DNA of 64,000 bases. Origin: Bacteroidales bacterium (lineage in GTDB: Bacteria > Bacteroidota > Bacteroidia > Bacteroidales > VadinHA17). Every line of letters starts with the position of its first letter. The first letter of the stretch is position 1. Positions 44,801 through 53,505 of the stretch are shown here, one piece after another. The DNA is taken from contig DNOQ01000450.1 in NCBI GenBank assembly GCA_003501665.1, forward strand, positions 10,340 through 74,339, read 5' to 3'. Under the pieces are notes generated by a model. The model worked only from the letters and a program-made list of their open reading frames with translations, was not told where the DNA came from and did no database searches. A program made the translations under genes and the position numbers.

Positions 44801-45062
44801 ACCATGTACCTCCCCATGTATCAACCGGTCCGGGAATAACATAAGGAAACGATTTAACGGCTTCTGAAAATCCTGCCAGATAATATTTATCCTCAAAACC
44901 AAAGTCGCTGGCAAGGAACTGTTTAAAACTGTCCGGACCCAGTGCCAGGTCAGCCGATGAGTGATCAGCAATTCCTATACTCCAGATTATATGTTTGTCC
45001 TGGCTGCAGGATACAAGCGAAAGCATCATTAATAAGCCCGGAATAATTATCTTTTTTCTCAT
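41850..45062 (-). CDS. GH92-family alpha-mannosidase with a ~300-aa unassigned N-terminal extension (lipoprotein)
   Basis: 1070 aa with the lipoprotein box ...MLSLVSCSQD. The GH92 part begins near aa 324 (...ADYVDTRIGTAHSRWMIAPGPWMPFSMVKLSPDN...). It contains ...QGNQQSMHFSFLFNWVQKPWLTQKW...AYLGDEDQGQMSAWLLMASIGLF...IASPLYEKIEIDL.... Residues ~20-323 have no motif I recognise. Confidence 0.85.
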   Translation of the reverse strand: MRKKIIIPGLLMMLSLVSCSQDKHIIWSIGIADHSSADLALGPDSFKQFLASDFGFEDKYYLAGFSEAVKSFPYVIPGPVDTWGGTWSTSGWRTHQINIFFGVKKIPEPISKGEWKLVINLLDFAKKFSPLLKVSINDTDRKLQLVANEYQLDKQPHPRLNEPVTDTASITGDLSSATPRMIEIPINPGIIKSGGNCITLAVLEGSWIMFDEVHLEGPAGVTLVSPEKVFIKEVVPAPYEIIREGEKVQPLLVSAEHLKGIPVISVELDGKVIFKETMESGHYQYEVPMPSVDSQVKSRYRIIADGKLLQKGTITRSKQKLQTPADYVDTRIGTAHSRWMIAPGPWMPFSMVKLSPDNQNSGWQAGYEPSFESIGTFSHIHEWTLGGLGIFASNGKLITRIGDELLPEEGYRSAINKRTEEAPIGYYKAELTDYNIKAEITSTTRCGFMRFTFPENRDSARILIDLKVPAENRYEIKEIRIKQINKYRIEGSCHQLAPRVWSIDAHQDYTVYFVLEFDKPFESMGSWLNDTVNHDDSLVAEEAKQAGVFLQFNARQNPVVQVRSGISYVSVANAALNLETEITDPFGWSFDAVRENHVKVWNDLFNRVLITTDNRLEKIRFYTNFYRAVCSRNIFSDVNGEWVSTDKKIRKIENPDNVALGCDAFWNTFWNLNQFWNLVTPEWSGRWVNSQLAMFDANGWLAKGPGGMNYIPVMVAEHEIPLIVGAYQMGIRNFDPEKALKAAIKMQTTPAQKVFNGFAGNRNLVPYLKYKYVPSDMGRFSNSMEYSFDDWTVGQMAKAMGKTREYQLFNERGYWWRNAINPENGYCHMRLSDGSWVSDFDPFRSGANRHYVEANAWQMTFFVPQDVPALADLIGKERFLERLEWGFNQSEKWRYNAPNDQYWDYPVVQGNQQSMHFSFLFNWVQKPWLTQKWTRSIIDRYYGAGISNAYLGDEDQGQMSAWLLMASIGLFQTDGGCRIDPVYEIASPLYEKIEIDLGKQFGRGEKFVIEARKSSRKNIYVQKAVLNGKELNSFYFPASELLKGGSLILEMGPEPNVSWGIDNSFKKGVY

Positions 45063-45125
45063 AATGTTTTTTAAGGATTTAAAATATCAGCCATGAGGTA
45101 TGATTTAGTTTCAGAATTGTATTAA

Positions 45126-47417
45126 TTAGTCAGCATAAGAAACCATAATTGCACTCAGGGGCGTTAACTTCAGTTTAAGCTCCGTTCCTGAAACAGATGA
45201 TCCTTCATTTTCTGATGCACTCCGGAAAACTATTACATCCCTGATGTTGTTTATATTTAGTGTAATTTCCTGTTCCCATGGCAGATAGTTCACAAAAAAT
45301 TGTGATTTACGGCCATTGCCGGACTGCCAGTTCGAGGTGAAAACTGAAGGAAAGTCAATACTACGTTTTCCCGGTCGGGTGATCATGGGTATATTTGCAG
45401 CTCCTTCGAACGGAAGAGGTTTTTGCATTCTTCCATATACCAGGTAATCTTTACCAGATCCCAATCTCCAGCTGTTAAGAGATTTCACAAGTTTAATAAT
45501 GTATTCCTGGTTGGGTATATCCGTCTCCCAGGTTGTTCCCCAATCCCAGATCATATCACCATTACCTCTTAATATAACCGTGAGCATATCCCCGGCACAA
45601 AATGAATAAGCCAGACGCTGAAGGAAATTATAAGGGCTCTCATTAACATCGATGGCCACTGACAGAGCATTCTGGTTCCCCATGAAATTGTTCACATATT
45701 CATGATTTACAAAGGCATAAGCGGGGACAGGTCTCCCGGCAAAAAGATTAATAGTGGCACGGGCATCATTGAAAAGCAAGTATTGTAGGTTGGCTTCAGA
45801 AGCTGCCGCTTCACATCCGATTATGGGTTTGTAACCTGCTTTTTCCAGGATCGGCAAAAAGCCTTTAAAAATGCTGTGCATAGCATCGTTTTGCCAGAGC
45901 CCCGGACCATAAGCATGACCATGACCGGTTCCGTAACACGGATAACAGCTTCCTCCCAGGTTCTGGTCAAAATACTGGACATAGTCAGTCTTACTGGCAA
46001 CTATCTTCAAAATCTGGTCTGACACCACCTCTCTGACAAAATCATTTGCAGGACACATGTCATAACCAATCCTCTGGGCATTGGGACCTGTACACACACC
46101 ATTGGTGGCCAGTGTTCCATCCGGAGCAACTTTCATCACCTTTTCAAGGCCCTTCTCTTCGTATTCCTTGTACATATTGTATGTTGTATCAGTATTACTT
46201 CGCAGAGTATAACCGATTCCGCTTGCATATAGCCCGGCAAGATTACCCTTATCATGTAAGCCCTTCACAAACTGAAGGTAGTTTTTTTCACCCCCGAAAG
46301 GTGGCCATACATAAGGCGGAGCCCAGGGAGCTGATCCTTCCCAGTGCATCAGTAATACCATAACCTTACTGTCAAATGCTTTGTTGTATTTGTCGATTAT
46401 CTTCAATGCATTTGTATAGGGATACAGTTCATTGGGCGTCATATCACCCATATCTTTATGGCCTCTCACAGGGTAGGTAATTACTACCGGTGACCGGAAA
46501 TACCAGTCAGGCAGCATTTTATTATCCCTGATCCTGGGTGGTACCGGCATACCTGATGATTCTCGCCAATCGCGGTAAATAGCAGAGGCATCATGCCAGT
46601 CGCCGTTAAAAACCTCCAGAACCATATCATAAGGCATCGTGTATAATCCCTTACCTGCTCCGCCAGGAAATAACCGGAAGTCCAGTTTTATTCCCTTTTC
46701 ACTGACACGATGGAATTCTATCCCTTTCGGATTGCACTTCTCATCGTGTGAAGCCAGATACAGGCCACCATTCTCATTGTAATATGCCATGTACTGCATC
46801 TGGGTTGAGGAAGGATAAAAGCCACCCCATCCCATTTTCGGATACTCAACCGGCTTGAACTTTAACCAGGGGCTCTCTTCACGGATTCTGATATCTTCAA
46901 TAAGGCAGCCCTCCTGGGCAGGCCAGAAAATGCGGCCTGTTCCGCCAGTGCCAATTAAATCATCAGGCACAACAACATTAGGAAAATCTATATGATCGAT
47001 AGTATATCCTGTATTGTTATCGATGCTGATATTCCACTTCATTCCCGGTGAGTTCTCAGACATTTTTACCGTGACAACAACTTTAAGATCAGTATTCCCG
47101 ATGCTGGTATATGTTAAAGTTAATAGTCCATAATTATTATTTTCAATTCTGAATTTTCCTGCCTGGTGTGCATCGAACTCGTGAATCTCTCCTTCCCTGA
47201 GAGGGTCACGAAAACGGATTGTGAAAAGCGGGCCTTCACTGTCAGCAGTATAAATAAGGTTTTTTCCAGCCTTTTCAATGGATTTTATGGAACCTGTATT
47301 ACCGTTTAGCTTCAGCTCATAAAACCTGTTCTTAAAAATTATATCGCTGTCTGAACATGAAGACAGAACCATTAAAGCAACAAAAATTAATAAGCAGTCC
47401 CAGAAATTTCTTCTCAT
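45126..47417 (-). CDS. Lipoprotein of unknown function, glycoside-hydrolase candidate (possible TIM-barrel)
   Basis: 763 aa with the lipoprotein box ...LMVLSSCSDS. The central region (...VMVLLMHWEGSAPWAPPYVWPPFGG..., ...DYVQYFDQNLGGSCYPCYGTGHGHAYGPG..., ...PIIGCEAAASE...) has beta-strand-then-acidic-residue patterns reminiscent of clan GH-A-like barrels. No family is assigned. Confidence 0.6.
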   Translation of the reverse strand: MRRNFWDCLLIFVALMVLSSCSDSDIIFKNRFYELKLNGNTGSIKSIEKAGKNLIYTADSEGPLFTIRFRDPLREGEIHEFDAHQAGKFRIENNNYGLLTLTYTSIGNTDLKVVVTVKMSENSPGMKWNISIDNNTGYTIDHIDFPNVVVPDDLIGTGGTGRIFWPAQEGCLIEDIRIREESPWLKFKPVEYPKMGWGGFYPSSTQMQYMAYYNENGGLYLASHDEKCNPKGIEFHRVSEKGIKLDFRLFPGGAGKGLYTMPYDMVLEVFNGDWHDASAIYRDWRESSGMPVPPRIRDNKMLPDWYFRSPVVITYPVRGHKDMGDMTPNELYPYTNALKIIDKYNKAFDSKVMVLLMHWEGSAPWAPPYVWPPFGGEKNYLQFVKGLHDKGNLAGLYASGIGYTLRSNTDTTYNMYKEYEEKGLEKVMKVAPDGTLATNGVCTGPNAQRIGYDMCPANDFVREVVSDQILKIVASKTDYVQYFDQNLGGSCYPCYGTGHGHAYGPGLWQNDAMHSIFKGFLPILEKAGYKPIIGCEAAASEANLQYLLFNDARATINLFAGRPVPAYAFVNHEYVNNFMGNQNALSVAIDVNESPYNFLQRLAYSFCAGDMLTVILRGNGDMIWDWGTTWETDIPNQEYIIKLVKSLNSWRLGSGKDYLVYGRMQKPLPFEGAANIPMITRPGKRSIDFPSVFTSNWQSGNGRKSQFFVNYLPWEQEITLNINNIRDVIVFRSASENEGSSVSGTELKLKLTPLSAIMVSYAD

Positions 47418-47509
47418 TTAATATTGATTGATAATTTATGCCTTTATAATAATTCAGTTGTAACCGTTATAAAAGTATATCTATTCCCCCACATTCAGGA
47501 TTTTGATTG

Positions 47510-48391
47510 TTAACGACCTAACAATTCGGCAGCACCCATATCCCAGGTATTATAGTTATAATTTCCACCCTCACAGGCACCAACGTAATAGAAGTACCAC
47601 TTATTATTTATCAGGTAAAATGCAGGTGTTGCTGCAAATAACTTATCAAATGTTCCATCAGTTCCGGAAGGTCTGAATATTGGATTTACAGGAGATTTTG
47701 TCCAGGGTCCGCCAGGAGAATCTGAGGATGCCATACAGGCTGTCCATTCTTTTCCGTTAAAGGACTCCCACATCAGAATAAACTTTCCAAAAGCTTTAAA
47801 AACCTGCTTCCATTCAAAGTAATGCGAATCCGGACTGCCTTCAGAACCACGCGAAAGTATATCTCCGGTTCCCTGCTTGATCCAGGTCTTACCGTCAACG
47901 GAAGTTGCATACCTTATTCCCGGTAATACTTCAGTTCCTCTGTATGAATAATACATATAGTAGGTCCCCTTGTGGATTATTATCGCTGATTGCGAAACAT
48001 GTGTCCCGTCATTCCTTCCCTGCCCGGTGGAAGTCAGGATAGGATTCCCCGGGTATTCGAACCATACATACGGATCTGATTTATAAGCCCATGCTTTAGC
48101 TATAGCCCCCTTCCCTCCATCTTTTGCTACCAGATTGGCGCCGGCATAAAACATAACCAGTTTAGACCTGTCTTTGGGATTTTCCAGAATGCAGGGCTCC
48201 TGAACCTGGCCCCCGGCCCAGCCTCCATGCCTGATTATAGGGTTGCCGTGATACCTTACAGGTGGCATTGCCGATTCAAAATCTGAATAATCTGATATCC
48301 TGCCTTTTTTATCTGGCTTCTGAGCCTGTACATGAAGGCTGATAAGCAATAAAGCTGCCAGAATACTGATAATGAACGGCTTATTTCTCAT
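47510..48391 (-). CDS. Secreted five-bladed-beta-propeller-type glycoside hydrolase candidate (GH43/GH117/GH130-like)
   Basis: 293 aa with a signal peptide. Blade-start motifs recur (...YHGNPIIRHG..., ...YPGNPILTS..., ...SPVNPIFRPS...), along with ...KGTYYMYYSYRG... and ...NNKWYFYYVGA..., as in that clan. The exact family is not resolved. Confidence 0.55.
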   Translation of the reverse strand: MRNKPFIISILAALLLISLHVQAQKPDKKGRISDYSDFESAMPPVRYHGNPIIRHGGWAGGQVQEPCILENPKDRSKLVMFYAGANLVAKDGGKGAIAKAWAYKSDPYVWFEYPGNPILTSTGQGRNDGTHVSQSAIIIHKGTYYMYYSYRGTEVLPGIRYATSVDGKTWIKQGTGDILSRGSEGSPDSHYFEWKQVFKAFGKFILMWESFNGKEWTACMASSDSPGGPWTKSPVNPIFRPSGTDGTFDKLFAATPAFYLINNKWYFYYVGACEGGNYNYNTWDMGAAELLGR

Positions 48392-48404
48392 AGTTTGGTA
48401 ACCG

Positions 48405-50705
48405 TCAATAGTTTATACCCCATTCTTTATTTGGTTCAGGACCCATTATCAGGACGAGAGAACCCCCATCAACGATGTCTTTAAATTTTATGCGGACGCT
48501 GTTGAGAGGTTTGTTGTTCAGTGTAGCAGACTGGATGTAGATATTCTCCTTTGAATTATTACGGGCTTCAATAGTAAATTCTGATCCTTTATAATACTTA
48601 TTATCAAGTTTGATAGTGATCTTACTGAACAGTGGGCTTGTAAGGTTTACCATCGGAACTGTTTCGCAACCTCCCTCCATTTCAAACATACCCATTGCGG
48701 TATTAACAAACCATGCGCCCATTTGTCCTTCGTCTTCATCGCCTTCCCATCCATGGTAAGGTGTTGAACCATAATATGTGTCAAGAATTGCCCTGGTATA
48801 TTTCTGTGTCAGCCAGGGTTTTCCGGAATAGTTAAATAAAAATGGCGACTGCATGTTTACCTGGTTACCCATATTGATGTAATACTCCACAGCTTCAGGC
48901 TGGTACCTGTCGAATGCATGTGCGGCAAATCTATGACTGACGGATTTCTCAAAACCTTTCTCAAGCCTGCTGTTGAACAGATCTTTACCTGTCATATTGA
49001 TGAGACCCGGAATATCATGTGGTACGTACAAGGTATATTGCCATCCGTTTCCCTCAACAAAATGTTTCCCTGAGAATGGATTATAGTCTGTCATCCACTG
49101 ACCGGAAGAATCTTTCGGTACAACATATTTCAGGTCCTGGTTAAAAATATTCTTCCAGTTCTCCGATCGTTTGATCAGATATTTATAATCGTTCTTTTTC
49201 CCCAGTGCTTTCGCCATCTGGGCAACACAAAAATCATCATAGGCATAATCCATTGTTCTGCTTGCTGCATCTATTTCAAAGGGGACATATCCCTTTTTAA
49301 CATATACATCCAGGAATTCATTTCCGGCAAGGCCTGAACATGGTAATAATTCTCTGCCCTGCACAGTTACTATATTATGTACTGCCCGGTAAGCTTCATC
49401 AATATCATAGTTCCTGATCCCTTTCTGATAGGCTCCTATTATCATTGCAATCTCATGCGACACCTCCATGATTCCTGTATATTCCACACCTGTCGGGCCA
49501 ACGCTTGTCCACCCGTTTTTCCTGAAAAGTTCAAGCTGTGTCTCAATATAGTTTTCCATTAATTCCGGCGAAACCAGAGACCAGGTTGTGTTCAGATCCC
49601 AGAATGAGTTCCAGAATGAGTCTCCGCCATATATATCCTGACCTTCAGGCATTTGCTGAACTTTCTCACATGGATCCATATATTTGCCGTCCACATCGTT
49701 CCATGTCTGCTTGGCAGCATAACAGCGGTAAAGGTTCGTGTAGAATTTCATTTTATCCACATCAGTGCCACCTTCAACCTCAACCCTGCTTAACAGTTTG
49801 GCCCAGGTTTCACGTGTCTTGTTTTTTACCGCATTGAAATCCCAGCCATAACCGTCAAGTTCTGTTTTCATGTTAAGCCTGGCCTGATCGATGCTGACAA
49901 GAGAAATACCGGATTTAACCATAACAACATCACCTGAATTGGTTTTATAGGTAACATATGCCCCTATATCATTTTTACCGGAGATCTTATCAATATTTTT
50001 TTGAAGTTTCCCCTCTGTCCATCCATTAAATGAATTGAATGGAGTGTCGAATTTAAGAACAAAGTTCAGGGTATATTCATTCCAGCTGCTTTTGCCGATC
50101 ATGCAATGAGCATAACCTTCAATCTCAGTGTCACTGACTCTTTTTATTTCAGCATCTAATACCGAATACCTGTATTCTGCCGGAATGAACAGATCTATCA
50201 GCACCCTTGACTCATCCTTTTCAGGGAATGTATATTTCTGAAATCCGCACCTGGTTGTCACGGTCATTTCAGCAAACACATCATGGTCGTACAGGTGGAC
50301 TGAATAATATCCTGGAGAAGCCTTTTCCGTTTCTTTAAGGATACGTGAATGATAACCTGCCCCGCCTCCCTTATATGCAGCATCGACAGGTCTGTCTTCA
50401 AAGACCAGATCAGTTGTTGCAGGCATCATTCTCAGTCCGGCCATGGTCCAGGCATGAATATGACTGAATCCTGATATGCTGTTTATTGCATAATCATAGC
50501 CACCCATCCATACATAACCCTGGTTATCGGGTCCAAGTTGGATCATGCCAAAAGGGGCTGTAGCATAAGGACCGAGCATCCATCTTGAATTTGAAGTACC
50601 AATAAATACATCAACCCAGTCAATAGGTTTACGGTCATCCTGTGCTGCAATGAATTTATTCATAGCCAGGATAAATACTAATAAAATTAACAGTCTGATT
50701 TTCAT
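48405..50705 (-). CDS. GH92-family alpha-mannosidase
   Basis: 766 aa with a signal peptide. Motifs are ...IDWVDVFIGTSNSRWMLGPYATAPFGMIQLGPDN... and ...MGNQVNMQSPFLFNYSGKPWLTQKY...HGWEGDEDEGQMGAWFVNTAMGMF...LTSPLFSKITIKL.... Confidence 0.9.
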   Translation of the reverse strand: MKIRLLILLVFILAMNKFIAAQDDRKPIDWVDVFIGTSNSRWMLGPYATAPFGMIQLGPDNQGYVWMGGYDYAINSISGFSHIHAWTMAGLRMMPATTDLVFEDRPVDAAYKGGGAGYHSRILKETEKASPGYYSVHLYDHDVFAEMTVTTRCGFQKYTFPEKDESRVLIDLFIPAEYRYSVLDAEIKRVSDTEIEGYAHCMIGKSSWNEYTLNFVLKFDTPFNSFNGWTEGKLQKNIDKISGKNDIGAYVTYKTNSGDVVMVKSGISLVSIDQARLNMKTELDGYGWDFNAVKNKTRETWAKLLSRVEVEGGTDVDKMKFYTNLYRCYAAKQTWNDVDGKYMDPCEKVQQMPEGQDIYGGDSFWNSFWDLNTTWSLVSPELMENYIETQLELFRKNGWTSVGPTGVEYTGIMEVSHEIAMIIGAYQKGIRNYDIDEAYRAVHNIVTVQGRELLPCSGLAGNEFLDVYVKKGYVPFEIDAASRTMDYAYDDFCVAQMAKALGKKNDYKYLIKRSENWKNIFNQDLKYVVPKDSSGQWMTDYNPFSGKHFVEGNGWQYTLYVPHDIPGLINMTGKDLFNSRLEKGFEKSVSHRFAAHAFDRYQPEAVEYYINMGNQVNMQSPFLFNYSGKPWLTQKYTRAILDTYYGSTPYHGWEGDEDEGQMGAWFVNTAMGMFEMEGGCETVPMVNLTSPLFSKITIKLDNKYYKGSEFTIEARNNSKENIYIQSATLNNKPLNSVRIKFKDIVDGGSLVLIMGPEPNKEWGINY

Positions 50706-50717
50706 GATGAATAAATA

Positions 50718-53387
50718 TTAATTCCTAAATAAAAAAGTTACAGGCTTATATGCTCCAAGCTCAATTTCGAATGAGTTATTTCTTATTATAATTTCATCCC
50801 CTTCCTTTTCTCCCCTTAAGTTAACAGGTAGAGCTTTTGTAAAAGAGGTTCCCTCAGGCAGTGTAATTTTGCATATACTCCCTTCTCCTGTCTGTTCCCA
50901 TAGTCTGAGCATTGTTCCTTCTCCAAACGGATTCGGACCAAAAGCTGTAACAAGGACTCCCTTGCGGGACAATAAAATACCTGTTTTTGAAACAGGAAGG
51001 TTCCCTGACCTTGAGGTATGAAGGGTTGCCTTCAAGGGTACGCGGAACTCCTCATTGGGAGTGATCAGCGATTGTTCATTTTTAAAATCCCGGAAACTCC
51101 AGATATACATCTTTACCGACCATGAGCCTTCAATCCACTCAGTAAAATTAGTGCTCCACTGGTTATTGTAAAGATTGACAAAGACGCCTGGTTTTTGGGG
51201 TATAAAATAACCGGAGTATTTCCATAGTCCAGGCCTTTCGAGACTTATCGCGGGAGCATCAGGCGTAGAAAGACCATATCCGTTCATCTTATTATCGTGA
51301 ATGGCAATACCATTATTGATCAGATAATAATCAAAGCCTGAACCCTTGATAATATCCTTTGCCGGTTCTGCCACGGCACCCAGTCGTCCTACTTTAAACT
51401 GTGGATTTTCCACATTGAACGGGAAACTTATCCACCCTGCCTCAGGCCACGGATCAGCAGGTTTGCCATTGATGAACCAAGTAAGCTCCAGATAGGGTAG
51501 ATCACGGTACAGGGCTAACGAAAGAGAATAGTTATGAGGATTACCTGTCTCTTTTGAAAAAAACATTACCGCTTTAGCAGAAATATTGTCCGAAGTGTAT
51601 GATACTTTTGCTTTTCCTCCACTGATCCTTTTATATGGAGTATCATCGAGCCCAGGGCGACCAAATACCTGAATTGCCCAGGTTTGTTTTACCTTTACAT
51701 ATTTGTCTACAAAATCTGAAACTTCTTTATTACTGAACCGTTCATAAATATACTGACCAAAACCATATTCAGAATTCTGATCTACCATTTCACGTCCCGA
51801 TTTCTTGTCAATAACTGATACAATTGCTCCTTTTAAAGGATCGATTTTTACTTTAAGAAACTCATTCTCAATAGTATTATTTTTAGTGTCGGCAGTTATA
51901 GCAAAGATATTACCCTGTTTTAGGTTATCAGCAGGAACAAAAGTTGCATATCCCGCTGATGGAATATCTTTTGCAATAAATCTGAGTATGTTCCCTTTAT
52001 TGTGAACAGGGATGATTTCACCGGTTCCGAGATCTTTAAGGGCTTCAATTCTTGTGCTTTGCTGAATGGTTATAAGCCCGGAGCGTTTCCATGGCAAAGG
52101 ATTGAACACAGTAATTTTTTGTCCGTCAACATTTGTCATTGAAGAGAGTCTCTTTATCTCTCTGTCATATGCCGGATCAATTATTTTCTCAGCCTGATAA
52201 ACACGATCACCTTTTTCCTTCCAGGAGGCTTCAAGTTTGTTGTAAGTACCTGCTCCCCTGACAGTAAAAAATTCATCACCATAATACCAGTCGCCATAGT
52301 ATCCGTCTTTCATTGACAATCCAAAGGTATGCTCATTCCATAAAAGAGCACCCTCGGTTGCGGAACTGGTAAATGAGGAAATATTAACTTCCTTTCCTGT
52401 CCACAGATTTGTAAGGGTATTAAGCAATTCAAGGGAATAAATATCTTTCTGCATTTTTCTCACGCTTTTCATTTCCCGTGGCATCGACATATAACCATGG
52501 ATCCATGTATCGGGCATATCGCCTTTAGCAACAGGCAGATCGGGATCTTCCTTCATTATTGCATCATAGAAATCAGAGATCCTGCCGATCTTCAGTTTAG
52601 CATTAGGTGCAAGCTCCCTTGCTTTCCGGAGCACCTCAACCACATCTTCAGGAGAAGGCGGTCCCTGGTTATCTCCTGTATGTATGATGGCAAGCCATGT
52701 CTTGTATTTCCAGTATGCATCAGGGACCAGTGAAGTGCCATAGTCACGTCCCCAGTAAATTGTCATCAGCTTTGAACCATCCGGTCCCTGCCACCAGAAC
52801 AGTAAAGGCACCTCGGGGGACCTTGAAGCAGAGTTACAGCCTATATGCAGGATCTTGATCCCGGCATTATTCAGAAGCGTCGGCAGAAACCATGAATGGC
52901 TGGGAACATCTGTCAGTTTTGCATCGCGCGGCAGTGGCAGATTAAATCTTCGGGAAAGGTCTGAAGCAAATGTAAGAGACCTGACAAGAGCCTCAGGATC
53001 ACCTGCTTCTGTCTCAAAAGTGAAAGGCAGACCATGGTAGACAAACCATCCTTCACGGACAGCAGCCTCAATCTCTGGCCTGTTTTCAGGTGTGCATCTT
53101 TCAAGTATCTGCATCAGCGGCCATGATGCTATTGTCCATACAAACTGGTTGTCACGGGGCAGGCTCCGGCTCTTTTCCAGCGTGACCATAGCCTGTTCCA
53201 TCATGGTTGTCGAATACAGATTGATAACCGACTCGGCCATATCATCATAACCGTTATCGAAATGCGTCTTGAAGACAAAGATTATCTCTCTGACATTTGG
53301 ATTAGGTTTTTCTGCTTCCTGGGCTTTGATCGTACCTGATAACAGGAGGAAAATAATTATCAAACCATACAATTCTCTCATATTCAA
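50718..53387 (-). CDS. Distant GH38-like glycosidase candidate (paralogue A)
   Basis: 889 aa with a signal peptide. ...EIIFVFKTHFDNGYDDMAE... parallels the GH38 H-x-D metal motif. ...DAKLTDVPSHSWFLPTLLNNAGIKILHIGCN... parallels the GH38 D-x-F-G-H nucleophile segment. It has a large beta-rich C-terminus. The assignment is weaker than for the canonical copies. Confidence 0.55.
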   Translation of the reverse strand: MNMRELYGLIIIFLLLSGTIKAQEAEKPNPNVREIIFVFKTHFDNGYDDMAESVINLYSTTMMEQAMVTLEKSRSLPRDNQFVWTIASWPLMQILERCTPENRPEIEAAVREGWFVYHGLPFTFETEAGDPEALVRSLTFASDLSRRFNLPLPRDAKLTDVPSHSWFLPTLLNNAGIKILHIGCNSASRSPEVPLLFWWQGPDGSKLMTIYWGRDYGTSLVPDAYWKYKTWLAIIHTGDNQGPPSPEDVVEVLRKARELAPNAKLKIGRISDFYDAIMKEDPDLPVAKGDMPDTWIHGYMSMPREMKSVRKMQKDIYSLELLNTLTNLWTGKEVNISSFTSSATEGALLWNEHTFGLSMKDGYYGDWYYGDEFFTVRGAGTYNKLEASWKEKGDRVYQAEKIIDPAYDREIKRLSSMTNVDGQKITVFNPLPWKRSGLITIQQSTRIEALKDLGTGEIIPVHNKGNILRFIAKDIPSAGYATFVPADNLKQGNIFAITADTKNNTIENEFLKVKIDPLKGAIVSVIDKKSGREMVDQNSEYGFGQYIYERFSNKEVSDFVDKYVKVKQTWAIQVFGRPGLDDTPYKRISGGKAKVSYTSDNISAKAVMFFSKETGNPHNYSLSLALYRDLPYLELTWFINGKPADPWPEAGWISFPFNVENPQFKVGRLGAVAEPAKDIIKGSGFDYYLINNGIAIHDNKMNGYGLSTPDAPAISLERPGLWKYSGYFIPQKPGVFVNLYNNQWSTNFTEWIEGSWSVKMYIWSFRDFKNEQSLITPNEEFRVPLKATLHTSRSGNLPVSKTGILLSRKGVLVTAFGPNPFGEGTMLRLWEQTGEGSICKITLPEGTSFTKALPVNLRGEKEGDEIIIRNNSFEIELGAYKPVTFLFRN

Positions 53388-53505
53388 TTATTTTAATACC
53401 AGCCATCACGTCTGGTGGTTACAATATAATAACACTCTTATAGAATAAGGTCACAGTAAAAAACCATATTGCTGAAAGTATCAGCTTATTAAGGATAACT
53501 CACTA

